Shown here: piece after piece, positions 11,630-25,533 of the stretch
Numbering within the stretch: position 1 is the stretch's first letter
Layout of the letters: each line of letters starts with the position of its first letter
Assembly (NCBI GenBank): GCA_963575745.1
Contig: CAUYUJ010000138.1
Location: 62,001-117,745, forward strand
DNA: 55,745 nt
Direction of reading: 5' to 3'
Origin: Prorocentrum cordatum
Lineage: Eukaryota
The notes under the pieces: generated by a model
The model's input: only the letters and a program-made list of their open reading frames with translations
Databases searched by the model: none
Told to the model about the DNA's origin: nothing
Program-made: the position numbers and the translations under genes

Positions 11630-14600
11630 GGCCTCCTCCTCTTCCTGGCCTCCTCCCCTTCCTGGCCTCCTCCCCCACCTCGTCGTCGTCGTCATTCTCC
11701 TCCTGGCCTCCTCCTTCTCCTCCTTTTCCCCTTGTCCTCCTCCTCCCCCTCCTCCTCCTCCTCTTCGTGTCCTCCTCCTTATTCTCCTCGTGCTCCTCCT
11801 CATCCTGCTCCCCAGCCCAGGTGGCACCGCTCCCCGACATTTGTTTCCTGACCTGGCCGCCCGGCCCGATCCGCCCAGGAAGCTCTGGCGCCACCTGCCG
11901 GCCTGGTGCCCGATCGACCGCGCGGGTCCCGATCGGCTCACGGATCGGGGGACCGAAGTGGGTCCCGCCCGACCCCTCGCGAGTCCCGATCGATTGGCGA
12001 ATCGGTCGCAAGGCCTGGGGAGGGACAACACGTATACCCACGGCACGCCGCCGTGGGGAGCCCATCGGCGCGTTTTGCTGCGGACGGGCGCCGGGTCTCC
12101 GGGCAAGATCCCAGAAGCAGCACGCCGCGGGGCTCCCAGCGGCGGCGTGTCAGTGACACGCATTTCCCTCTCCCCGCGGCGTTAAAAAAGCATGCAGCGG
12201 AAGGCTTGCGGCAAAACCCTGCCCGGGCCTGTACAGACTGCAAGCATGCAAACGTCGGCAATCTAGCGGGTCGTTTCCCGAATCCCAGTGCGAGCGCGCA
12301 CGGACTGTCCGCCCCACAAAGAGGGACCTTTATTCGTCCGCGCGGAACTCGTGAACATCTGTAAACGGTTCAATGCCACTTCGTCTCGCGAGTCATGCGC
12401 TCGCGGCCGCAACAAACGCAGCTTGCCATCAGCGCAGTAGCTCGCGCGATGGCAGAATACGTGGCCCATGCCCAGCGCATGCTTGGTGCATGTGCTGTTC
12501 AAGTGTGGTAAACTTGTTGCCCAAGTGTTGGCGATTGTTTGGTGCAGGTGTTGCTTAGTTGCTGGTGCATGTGCTGTTCAAGTTTTTCTTGCCCCCCAAC
12601 CGCAGTTCACGACGGCTTGTTAGGTTACCTGCCCGCAAAGCATTTGGGGGCAAAGCCCCAAACATTGAATAACAGACCGTGATCAACTTTAACATATCCC
12701 CGACTCGGTCGCCCACCCGCTGCAACTGCTCGAGCACACCTCCAACTCAAGACGGACGGTCTTGAGAGTCAGCCTGGGCAGAAAGCACCCATCTCGGCGT
12801 GCCCGCTGCACGGGAAGGTAGCGCTTCGGTCACACTGATGGGAGAAGGGCAATGGGCGTCTTGCCCGCCAGAAAACCTACCCATTTGACACGAACTTGGC
12901 CGGTTTCTGCTGCCCTGCACAGGGTGGATGAACTGACGAACGTGGAAGCGCCTTCTGTTGCATCCTCATGGGAACCTTTGCTGTCCCGTCGCGGCCGTAT
13001 CCGCGTCGAATCCGTGTCGAATCCATGTCGGCCTCGTCGGATCCGTGTCGAATCCGTGTCGAATTCGCGTCGAATCCACGCCAAGTCCGCGTCGAGTCCG
13101 CATCGAGCCCGCGTCGGGCACAACAGAAGACACCAAGTCCCCCAGGCGAGGTCCCCCGAAGATGCAACGTAGAAGTGCCCATCTTCGGCCCAGGCGTCCG
13201 CGCAAGTTTTTTGTGGCGACGGGCGGTGCCACGGAGGCAAGCCTCAAGGACCTGGGACGGCGTGCCACAGCACGAGATGCGTCTCGCGCTGCGGGCGGCC
13301 AACACAAAGCATCGACGCATGCAGCGCGCTGGAAACTGGCCGGCGCGTGGTCAAGAACGAGACGGAGGCAGGAGGGCAATCGGTGGGGGCTAGCAGAACC
13401 ACGATAGACGCAATGAAGAGGACCAAGCCAACTCTTGAACAATGCTCTCATCTTGGGGCAACTCGACATGTGCCTGGGGGCGTCGAGGTCAGAGTCGCCA
13501 GCAGGGTCCGTGGAACCAACAAGGCACCCTGCAGCTGGTGTGAAGAACGGTTGAGGGGTTGATGGGGCCAGCGGGGGGCTCCGACTCGGGGCAACACCCA
13601 TATACATGGAAGTGTGGCGTCGTCTTCTCCGAATCGAATGACGCGTCGTACTGATATGAGAAGGCCCAACCTCCGGACAGAAGTAACGTGCCCGTCGTAA
13701 TAAGGCATCCTGCTCAGGCTCCGAAAGTTGGAGCCCCCGAAGGAACGAATACAATTTGGCCTGGAGCTCGGGGCCCCCTCGGAAACGTTGGAGCACAGCC
13801 TACAGTACCACTCCAGCAGACGGCGCATGTTTCCATGTTATTTCTGGAGGAATCGAGCTCGGACGGAACCCCAGGGAACGAGGAGGACCGGAGCATGCAC
13901 CTGAGGGGCGGTGGCCTTCGCAACGGGATCGATACACACGAGCTCCGTACCAAACCCTATGGACTTCAATTTCGTTGCAATGTTGCACAAGATCGCGTTT
14001 CTCGGACCCGAAGTCAACAGCAACGCACTTTCGTTTAATCGGCGAGGCAGATGAAGGCCAGGCGGATAAAGCTGAAGTCGAAATCATAGCGTCGAGACGT
14101 GCATCGCGCAGAAGGCAATCGCCGACCGAGCAAGGCCAAAACCCAGCTGGCAAGTCTTGTGCACCCGGGCGTGGAATCCAGGGAAGAGGTTTCCAGACGT
14201 GCACGTGGGCCTAGGGACCAATGGGGGAACCGAGGTGACCAGCACGGCAAACAACTTTGAATATCAGCGAACGGCGCCCCAAAGCTCGACAGCACAGAAA
14301 TAAAGCGCTGCCTGTCCGTGCATCGGCATAAAATGATCTGTTTCCGGAAGTTCGAACGTACATTGGATACGCCAGCCAGGAACAGAACGGCCGTCAATAC
14401 ATGGCCAAAACCGGCAACAGATTGGCCAATCCAAAGAGGAAGTCGCCAGCATATGCAAAGATGACGGCGGCGAAGCCAGCAACGCAGGGGGCCAACCGCC
14501 AGCACGCAGAGGCAGGCTGAAGCTTGACAGCCTGGCTTGACCCCCGACCCAGCCGCAATTGCATCAAATCCCTGACCCCGCAACAACTTTGATAGCAAAG

Positions 14601-17600
14601 TTGTCCTCATACAGAATCCTCGAAAATTAACCACCCTGACCCCCCAATAATTTCGATAGTAAAGTTGTCCTCATACAGTAACCTGGAAAATGAGCTGCCG
14701 ACGCGCAGATGCACGCAGTCTGAAAGGACATTGACGAACCATGTCTGCGCAAAATTCGGGCATGCAACGACAATGTGTGCGAGGAACAACGACGAGTGCT
14801 TGTCGACACGCATGATCCAAGCCAAACCGCACACCTCAGCGCGAACATCCTCAACCATTGCACGACCCACCACACATTTCTGCGCAGGACCCACAATCTG
14901 GTGCGCATTGGAAACCACAGGGCCGATTAACAACTTAGCGAATAGTTTAACGTCGGCGTCGCCCAGGGCCCAGCGTAAAGGCCGAACGGGTAAGCGCCGC
15001 GCCAGGACTGCCACATCGGCCCGTGCCCTTGGGTCAGAAAACGAGCAGCCTACACCGCGCATCAGTTGGGAGGGCGTGGGCGCCGTCAGTGATGAGGGTG
15101 CGGCAGCAAACATGCTGAATGCACGAGGCAGAAAGGTGTTTCCAGACAACGCACGGGATACCATCAGGACCAGGCATACTGTGGGCCCGCTCGGGGGGCA
15201 GGTCATACCACGTGAGCCGAGCTCCCAGTCGGAGTCCAGGGGGCCCTGCAGGACCTGGATAAAGGGCCCAACCTCATTCTAGAGCTCGGGGGTTCGCCCC
15301 AGAAGCCTTGAGAACCCCAAGCCAACGGTCCGAAACACCAACGCCGACTCGGAGGCGGAACCACAAAGGGTTCCCTGCAGGGTCCAGGACCGCACCCTGG
15401 AACGCACGTTTACGGAGCCCCCTCCAGAACTACCGCCGCGGGCGAAGGCGGGCAGCCATAACGCGCTTACGGGCAACATCAGCATCACATTGAAACATAG
15501 CACGCCCTTCTGAATTGAGGCTTTCTTATACAAGCAAAAGACGCTTTGGAGGCCCCACGAATGCGAACATGCAAACTGATCGTCGACATGGACGCACAGG
15601 GGAGGATTGCAACGGATAGCTGCACGAGCACGACTAGGGTCACAAATCTGGCCGGCCCGGAAAGCTGACAGCCCAGTCGTGCATCATTTTGGTGCTGGTG
15701 GCAAGCGGGGCACGAAGGGCAGCACGGGCAACATCATCGGCTTCAAAGTTCAAAGAACAGGTCCTTGGCAATCTCCATCTGAATCCACTCTTCCAAAATT
15801 GCTGGTGACTGTGCAAATAGCTCATCGGGCGCTTCGCCGAAGTCGTGCAACCCGGGAGGAATGATGGGTTCACTGGAGTTGGGCTGGAGCCGAACACGAA
15901 CCGCACGGACAGGTGGCCCATGATCACTTGGCACAGCAGGCTTCAGAATACGAGCGGCAGTCGCGCTGATGGTAAAGTCACGAATAAAAGCAGGAAGCAC
16001 GGAGTTATGTATTCGATCAGTCCTGGAGGTCTTAGGTTCAGCCTGGCCCTTGCTGCCCCTCCTCGAACCCTTGTCCTGGCAAGGCTTCGTGTCATGCGGA
16101 AGTCGTTGGACAAAGAAACACGAATGTGAAGAATCACCTGGGACCCATCCTCCACCGTCCCCGCGGAGCCTCCAGACTCCCCATCGCAAAGTTCCAATCG
16201 CCCATGAAGGGAACGATAGTGACATTCACACCAGGCTGGTTCCGCCGAAATTCACGCTGCAAGCGTTGGAGCACACATTGAAAAAAAGGGGAGGGGGATA
16301 AGACGTCCTAGGGAGGTGAACGTTGTACACGACGAAGCTCCCTCGAGACCCACGATAAAAACATTCCCGATGACTCGCCACAGAGGAGGACGAGGAAGGG
16401 GGCGGAGGGAGGGGGAGGGGGAACTCAACACACGGGCTGCAAAGCTGCCAGCCTCATCGCTTCAAGGGAGATGCAGCTGAACAGCTGCCTCGGCCTGCGT
16501 GGTGGCCACCGGGCCCTTCCTGCCAGCCTCGACAAAACATCACCATCAAGCGCGGAATTGACGACTCCGTTCTCAGAGACTGTGCCTTTTACTGCCAGGA
16601 CTGGGTCGTGAGCACGCCTCAAGGTATAGACAGAGCCGCCAAGGCCAGTGGCGAACTGAGCCTAGCACGAACCCTGCTTAGCGACAAGCAAAGCGGCCGT
16701 CCATTAGGGTCCACCCTGCGCAAATGAGGGGTGTGCCTGGGTGAAGAAGGTCACTGGTCGTCCAGGAGCCTCCAGAGCCCACAAAATTGTGGAGGAGGTT
16801 GGTGGTGGCGGTGGGGATCTCGAATAGCAGCGTTACCTCATTGCTCCGGTCGGACGCACGCGCCATACTGGCCTGGTCCTTCAGGGGAGCAAACTGCGCA
16901 TTGCAGGCCACATCAACTGCTCGAAGGTCTGCAACCAGAAAAGGACGACGAAATACCAATAGAACGGGTTTGCAAACATCATGCTGGCGACGTTCATCTG
17001 ATTGGCCACCAAACAACCTAGAAGCCGAGGTACGAATTGAAAAAGACAAAGGGGGAGCTGGATGAGACCGCATCTCTCATATCTGTTGTCCTACAACCTC
17101 TGCCCTCCGTGCGTCAGAAAGGGCCCCGATCTGCTTCCCGAGATCGTTGTACCTCTCGGGGGTGGGTGGGTGGCTGTTGACTACATCCATGGGGAGGACA
17201 GCACAAGCAAGAACTCCTGGCGCATGGCATCCGTCTTCTCGTCCTGGTCCTGCTGGCAGCCGAGGGCTGGTCCTGAAATTGAGCATGGCGTTGATTGACG
17301 TCGCGGCCCATCAAAACTAGATTTTATGCGAATTCACCACAACGCGCCGTACGACCTTGACCGTAATCACGAATGTCCACAACCGTCCCGCTTATTCTGC
17401 ACCATCATCTAGCTGAAATTGGCCAAGCTGCCAGTGATGGTTTCAAGCTGTCGGGAGCTGTCAAGGGCGTCACGTTTCGGTCGATGACGCTCAAGACTGC
17501 GGCTGGGCGAACGGCATGAATTCAAAGATGTGGCTAACAAGCTGCACCCAGCAGCACCTCGATGCAATTAGCGTCGCGACCCCCCTCTTTGCGGCAGTTA

Positions 17601-20600
17601 TAGAGCGACGAAAGAACGGCGGGTAGAAAGAAACAACCTTCTCTACCAAGAGCTCACTGAAAGAGAAACGAAGAGAGGCCTGTGTCGCGGGCCGCCTCTT
17701 CCGATCCTGAGAGAGAGCGTGATCCACCGCCGCTTTACTGTGGACAATTGCCAGCCTTTTCCTCCGGAACCCTCCCCCCCCCGGAAAACCCGGGGGTTCC
17801 CCCTCCCCCCCCCCCTCCCCCTCCGATCTGGAAAACCGGGGGGGGGTCACTACCGGTTCGAACCCCCCCTCCCCCCTCGAAAACCGGAGGAGGGTCACTA
17901 CCGGTTCGACCCCCCTCCCCCCACGCACCGCCAGCAAACGACTCCCGGTCCCTACCACCGTCCACATCACATCCCACTGTTGTTCCCAGCACCACTGTCC
18001 TCACCACCACTGTCCCCACTGGTTCCACCACCGTCCCTACTGTCCCCACCAGTGCCCCCACCACTGTCGCACTGTCCCCACTGTTCCCACCACTGTTCCC
18101 ACCACGGTTCCACTCTCCCCACTGTCTCCACGGACCCAACCACTGCCCGACTATCCCCACTGTCCCCGCTGTCCCACTGACTCCTCCGCTGTCCCACTGA
18201 GCTGTCCCACTGTTCCCACCACTGTCCCCACTGTCCCCACCACTGTCCCCACTGTACCTCTGTCCCATTGTCCCACCGCCGTCCTCGCCACCGCCTTCAC
18301 CACTGTCCCCACCACCATTGTACCCTCCACTGTCCCACTGTTTCCACCTCATTCCCACTGTCCCCACACCACTGTCCCCACCACCACCGTCCCCACCACT
18401 GTCCACTGTCCCCCCCGTTCCCACCATTGTCCCCACCACTGTCCCCACCACTACCGTCCCCACCACTGTCCCACTGTCCCACTGTCCCCACCACTGTCCC
18501 GCTGTCCCCTCACCACTGTCCCCACCAACACCGTCCCCACCACTGTCCGCACCCCCACTCGGTTTTCGAGGGGGGGGGGGGGGGAACGAACGGTAGTGAC
18601 CCCCCCCCTTTTCAGATGAACTGGGGGGGGGGGGGGAGGGGTTCGAACCGGTAGTGAACCCCCCGGTTTTTCCTGGGGGGGGGGGGGGGGGGGAGGGGTT
18701 CGAACCGGTAGTGACCCCCCCCGGTTTTCCGCCAGCAGCGGTAGAACACGCTCTTTCGATCCTGAAGAAGGGGCCACTGAAGCACCTCGAGAAGTGTATC
18801 ACTTGAGCCAAAAACGGCGGCAACGGAGGTGTATGTGCTGTTTAGGTGTTGAGTGGGTTTGCCTTTCGTGGCCTCAGGTGTAGTTATTCCCCGTGGCGAT
18901 TTCCAATCCCTGAGGACCCACAGGAAGTGCAACGGGTCCCTTCAATACTATTCCCACGCGGACTCTCCCTATTCTTAGGGGCACGGGCGGAACCGCAAGC
19001 AATCTCAAACGTCGTGCATTTGCTGTGCGTTTGCTGCGGTGGTGTATTTGTGCACTTGTGGTTTTCGTATTGTGCATTTGCTGTTTGATTGTAAGTGCAT
19101 CTGCTGTTAAATAATTTGTGCAGTTGGTGAATATGTGTTAAGTGTTTGTGTTTTGTTGCGCGGCCGTTTCGTGCGCTAACAACTGGAACACATAAACAAA
19201 ACTCACGAATCGCCTCTTGCGGTCTCTACACCCGGGCCCCAACACCGTGTCAAAACTGTTCAGTATGTAAAGCCAGTCCATGGGAAGAGGTCCAGGCATC
19301 TAGGACTACAAAATATGAACAAACCACGACGTCGGATGTACAGGTATTTCCACTTGTCGGGCGTCTGGAGGCCTCCCGAGACTCAGGAGGTACCGGGTAA
19401 AGAGGAGTGGCCGCAGCCGAATGAGCGCGGGTATGCTGTCCGACCAAACCCGCGGAAAGGGCACGAGAGACCGAGACAGCGAAGCGGCCTGGCGTGAAAC
19501 CCACCGCCAACTTCTGTTTATTGTGAATTTGGAATGCTGGCACTATACCTACGCTGGACGTTGCGCATCAACGAAAACTCGCTGGAACAGTCAGCTGGGT
19601 GCGAAGGCAGCAGGGCCGAGTCCCAACGCCGCGGGCACCCTCTGCAAGGGCGGGTGGTCCAGAGGCCAGAAGAGGCGACTCGGGACAGGGCAGGGCAGGT
19701 GGTGAGAGAACGATTCGAGCTGCTGCTGCTACCGTGGGACGCACGAGCGCTGCGCGAGAACCTGCCTGCGCTGGGAGGTCGTTCACCTAACTACGCGGCC
19801 CAGAGCCAACTCGGGCCTGCTTCTCCAGGAGTGGGCTTTCGAAGCGGCCCAACGGACGGAAAGCTCACGCGGCGAGAGCGGCAGATGGACGCCGTTTCTG
19901 GAGAGCGGCACCGGGAGCCCCACGGGGGCCCCGCAGACGCCTCCGGCGGGCTCGGCCTCCTCCGCTGGAACAAGCGGCGCGAGCCTGCAGCGCCGCGGGC
20001 AGGCCTGGATCGCTGGGCGCCGCGCGCGGAGCGGGCGAAACCGGAGCTAGTGAAGGGGAACTGGGACACACAAATAAATACACACAAATAAAAATACTCC
20101 CCATATTTTCCCATATTTTCTGGGTTTGTGTCTTCCCCCCCACTTCCCATATTTTCCCATATTTTCTGGGAATCGCCGATTAATTGTGTCTGTGTGTTTT
20201 TTCCCCTCCTGAGCTAGCACAGGCGCGCCGGGGAGGCCGAGGCGGCACGGCGCAGCTCTGTGGCCACCACGCGCTGCCCCGTTCGGACAGCGGGGCACCG
20301 TCGAGGCCTCGCGCCGCCCTGGGCGAGCGGTGGCCACTGCACGAGCCATGGCCAGGCGCGGGAAAGGGGTTGCCCGAGCACCTAGCGACATGGCGTGGTG
20401 GCGTGGCGCGATGGCGATGTGATCGTCCATGAGGGGAGTTGCCAACAGTAAACAGCCTGGAGCCTGACTCCTACCCCTGAGACTGACAAGCCCAAGGCGA
20501 TGACAGTCCAAGAGATGTCCCCGTACAGGCGGAGGTTCAACGAAAAACGAAACATACTCCAAATATATTCCAAAAACATCATAAAATTGTCTAAAAACCG

Positions 20601-23600
20601 TCCCCAGACTATGTTTACACTATTCTTGAATAGTCCTCCTGTAGAGGGACAGGCCCAACTTAAGTGTGGGCATGGCTCTGCGGGCTGTCACGCACGAGCC
20701 AGCAGACCAGCTGGAGAAGGCCCTGCACCGCGCGCGACCTTCCCGTGCTTTTTGCCGCGCGCCTCGGGACGCAGCCCGCGGGGGGCCGTGCCGAGAGGGA
20801 GAGCCCCACGGCCTGCTGCCGCCGCGGCCTGGGCCTGGCGCTGGGGTCCGAGACGGGCTCCACTCCGCCGGCTACAGTCAACCCGCAGAGTAGGGATGCG
20901 CGATAAGGATGCAAAGGGCCTCGGACGCCCATTTCGAAGCTTCCTGAGCGGGGCGCGGCCAACGAAGTGTCCAAGGATGGACCCAGGAAGCAAGGATGCA
21001 AGGGTTCTCTTGGGAGGGATGCCTATCCTTACTCTGCGGGTCGACTGTACACGCCGTCGGCCTCGCCAGACGCAATCGGAATGCAAGCGCAGCATCTGGT
21101 GGAGGAGGAGGAGGAGGAGGAGGAGGAGGAGGAGGAGCTCGCGAGGAGGAGCGGCAGAGGAGGAACATCAGCAGGAGAGGCGGAGGAGCGGAAGAGGAGG
21201 AGGAGCAGAAGTGGCACCAAGGGGGGCGTGCCAGGGGGAGCATAAGAGGACGAGGAGGAGGAGGAGGAGGAGGAGGAGCGGATGAGGAGGAGCATTCGGT
21301 GAAATGTACAGCTCGCCGAGGAGGATAGGGAGGTGGAGGAAAAACGTCAGCAGCGGAAACGAGCAGGAAGAGGATGAGGGAGAACAAGAAGAGAAACTGT
21401 AATAATCTAAGTCGGATCGCTGACCTTGACCTTTTGCCACTGCCGAACGCTACAAGCCTAGCTTCTGAAGTTCACCGGACGTCGAAGAAAAGAAGCCAGT
21501 CGAGGGAGGGTGCGGAGCAGGCGGGAGGAGAAGGAGAACGGCAACGACGAGCACACGTCGTAGGAGGCAGGGACGAGGGGGTCTGGGGGAGCATAACGCG
21601 AGGAGGGCCTTCTCCCTCGAGGACCCCCAAGGCAGGACGTAACGATGGCGGCCGAAACGCCATGGACGGGCAGCGGCCGCGGCGTCCTCCCGCGCACGAG
21701 CGCGGGTGGCCAGCCACTGCATGCCGGGTGCCGGCACTAAGCGCGATCATGAGGCAGACGGCTGACTGAAAAGGCGAGAGGGGCGAGGAATAAGATCAAA
21801 AAAGAAGAAGACGAAGAGAAAAAGAATAAGAAGAAGAAGAAGAAGAAGAAGAAGACGAGAACGAGGAGGAAGCAGGCAACGTGTTCGATCGAACCCAGGT
21901 GGTCCCTGAGGGTCCGGGCCAGCTTGACCCCCTGGCCCTCGAAGAGGAGCAGCATCTTCAGCGCCAGGAGCAGCCACTGCCTCTTGCGCCAGAGGGTGAG
22001 AGGGTGAGGGTAAGAGTAGGAGTGAGAGTCCCAGGGCGGTTTCCAAACACCCGACTTCCACAACGGTCCCTGATGGACCTCCAGGGCTCAGAAAATGGCC
22101 CGGCACTCAAAATCGAGATCCTGGGCTTTCAGCAAAAGTCAGAGCACCCACTCCCACAAGGAGTTCCAAACAAAGAACAGAGGCCTTCTTTGGCCCCTCA
22201 AGACGCCTGCGTGCACGAGGAGCGCTGCTTTTCGGTCAGCGGGCGCAAGACAAGCAGGCACCGGTCGACCGACCGCGGGGCGACGAGAAGCGCTCCAGAA
22301 ACAACCACGGCGAATCACTTAAGGAACAACGAAGCTCAATTCCGAACCTGAACTGCTACTCTGGATTTCACAATGAAAAGGGGGTGGTCTGATTCGGGGG
22401 GGGAGTCTGATTTGAGCTGTCTTGGAGGATCCCAGTGGGGTCTGAGATAAAGGCCACCCTTTCATGGCTGGTCTGGGGGAGGGGTGAAAGTGATCGTCTG
22501 GGAAGGTTGTGATCCCCCTCCTTTCGTGACGAAGTATGGAGTACTTCTGCCCGCGCCCTGACTTGACTTTACGGCCTGTTCGCGTCGTGGCGACCTGCGC
22601 GATGGTCCTCGACACCGCGTGGCGTGGATCGTTCAACGTTGAGCGATCGCGGCTTCCCGATATCGCGGATCGTTCCATACCAGCCGACTCCTGGCCGCTG
22701 GGATAGGGCTCAACGCTGAGCGACCGCGTGCCGCCGCGTCGGCGCGGCGCCGAACCTGCCGCAGAATCGGTTGGGCGTTGCTGGTTTTCCTGGGATCTCC
22801 TGGGAACCCAGAAGGCCGAGGTCAAAGGGAAGGGACCGAGACGAAGCGCCAGCGGCCAGGATCCCGGACGTCCTCAAGGCCTCCTGCATCTTCAGTGAGA
22901 GGGACACACAGTACGTGGAGCGCTGAAATAAAAAAAAATCACAGAGGAAGGAAGTGAAGAGGAGAAAACGAAGCAGACGGAAGAAAAGGGCACGAGGACA
23001 CAGGGAGGAGGGAGAGGAATGGAAGGAATGAGGGGAAGGGAGGAGACAAGGGGTGGAGGAGAGAAGCGATGGAACCAAGGAAAAGGACAGGCTGGCGAGA
23101 GGGCGAGGATGGAAAGGAGTAAGGGAGCGAAGGGAAGAGACGGAGAGAGACAGAGAAGGATGCAATATCCATCTACAGTTGCACTCACACCTATACATGT
23201 ATGTATGTATGTATGTATGTTTGCATGTTTGCATGTATGTATGTATGTGTATGTATGTATGTATGTATGTTTGTATGTATGTTTGTATGTATGCATGTAT
23301 GTATGTATGTATGTATGTATGTATGTATGTATGTATGTGTGTGTATGTATGTATGTATGTATATATGTATGCGTGTATGTATGTATGTATGTATATATGT
23401 ATGTATGTGTGTATATGTGTATGTATGTATGTATGTATGCATGTATGTATGGATGCCTGTATGTATGTATGTATGTATGTATGTATGTATGTATGTATGT
23501 ATGTATGTATGTATGTATGTATGTATGTATGTATGTATGTATGTATACATGTATGTAGGTATGTATGTATGTATGTATGTATGTTTGTATGTATGTCTGT

Positions 23601-25388
23601 GTGTAAGTATGTATGTATGTATGTGTGTATGTGTGTGTAGGTGTGTATGTATGCATGTGTGTATGTATGTGTGTATGTATGCATGCATGCATGTATGTAT
23701 GCATACATACATACATACATACATACATGCATACATGCATATATACATATACTTATATATATATATATACAAGGCTGCATTGGCGCTTCGCGCCATGCAC
23801 CTTGTTCCTTGGAGCTTTGGAATGGTTGGCCCGTGGTGCCATTCTTTCTTCCATTCTAGCCGCGGTCCGCTGGCTCGTACTTCGGAGAAGCGCAGGAAGA
23901 GCAGAAAAGGGGGCAATCAACCTGGGACGGGCCAAAACTGCGAGTTGGAGGCCGCGGGCGCATGGAATGGCGCATATGAGTGGGGGCCACGCGGGAAACA
24001 CCTGGAATCCCAGGTTCGCAACCGAATTTCCGGAAAATTGGTTGCGAACCCGGGATTCTGAGCATAATGCGGCTATTCTTCAGGGAATATCAGATGAAGG
24101 GGGCGCGGGGCGGCGGAGTGGTGCGATTTCGAGGGTGGCGGGTTTGACGGGCAGGGTGTTGGTCGGCTTGGCTCTTATGAACCCTCGGGGCCCCCTTTTG
24201 AGGGCCGCTGGGCCGCCTTGGGGCGCTGAAGCCCATCGAGTGGGTTCGCGGGGGTTCTCCCGGAGCCTTGTGGAGCGGTCTGACGATTGCTGTTGTGGGG
24301 CCGTTGCGCCCTCCTGCATCCGCTTGAGCAGCGCTCGCCTGCTCCATTTACGGAGGAGCGGAGGAGGAGGCGGAGGAGGAGGAGAAGGAGAAGGAACAGG
24401 GAGGAGGAGGAGGAGGCGGAGGAGGAGGAGGAAGAGGGAGGAGAGGAAAAGTTCGCGCGCCGCGGGGGGGCGGCACAGATTTTTGTCCGCGTCACGCCGG
24501 GAAGCACCGTTGCAGAAGCCGCCCAACCCCGCGGGCGGCCTCTGCCGAGGCGGGAGGCTCGTATTTTCAGATCGTGGTCCCCCCTGGGGCTCCTCTTTGG
24601 GCCGTCTTGGAACATTCGTGGACCATCTCGGACGTATCTTGGGCCGTCTTGGGGCTTTCTCAGAGCGCTCTGGGAGCCTCTTGGGCCGTTCTAGGGCGGT
24701 TTTGGGAGCTTCTTGGGCGGTCTTGGAGCGTCGGACACCCGAAAAAGCGAGGACGCTGAAAACATTGAAAAAACAATGGAAAAGTAACAATTTGGATTGT
24801 TTTGGGAGCCTCACCGGGGCTACTTAGGGGGCTTCCCGAGGCCCTGTGGAGCTCTCTTGGGGCCTCCTTGGGCCTTCTCGGGGCGGGAGGCTCGTATTTT
24901 CAGTTCGTGGTCCCCCCTGGGGCCCCTTTTTGGGCCGTCTTGGAGCGTTCGTGGGCCATCTCGGGCGCGTCTTGGACCGTCTTGGGGCGCTCTCAGCGCG
25001 CTCTGGGAGCTTCTTGGGCCGTCTTGGAGCGGTTTTGGGAGCTTCTTGGGCGGTCCGGGAGCGTCGGAAACCCGAAAAAGCGAGGACGCTAAAAACATTG
25101 AAAAACCAATGGAAATTCAATGATTTCGTGATCTCGGGCCCCCTTTGAGAACGGTCTTGGGGCTCTCGCGGGGGGTCTTCAAGGCTACCCGGGTGCTATC
25201 CTGGACTGTCTTGGGTGTCTCTGTGGGCTTGCGCCGACCGACTTGGTACTGCCGCCCGCCTGCGTGCACGCCTTGGAAAGGATTTTCGGCCGCCCCCGTG
25301 GCACGGATCCGGGGGGTCCCGTTTCGGGGGGGGGTCCGCCCCCCCGGAATTATGAAAATATAGAAAGAAAAGGGAATTGATATGTATG

Positions 25389-25422
<34 letters not shown>

Positions 25423-25478
25423 TGTATGTATGTATGTATGTATGCATGTATGGATGTATGTATGTATGTATGTATGTA

Positions 25479-25533
<55 letters not shown>

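Larger units (their letters stand above)
13200..18826 (-). mobile_element. Decayed near-full-length LINE (APE endonuclease + RT) with a relic spliced leader at its presumed 5' end
   Basis: APE motifs VVYNVHLP (~16320), FMGDWNF (~16200), SRTDRI and PSDH (15920-16030). RT motifs DADVKLFAK..Q...GRAMVED (14840-14960), SGVKPGCQAS (~14530) and YAGD (~14450). LFKSW.. C-terminal region (~13430). Many stops and frameshifts; ends approximate. Confidence 0.8.

Noticed and set aside
10067..12185. Long ORFs of 250-498 aa, and similar ones at 3227-4618, 22710-24827, 29261-31697 and 49791-53732
   Set aside because: They are translations of CAT, GAG, TATG and TTG microsatellites or minisatellites. Only the short embedded exons are coding.
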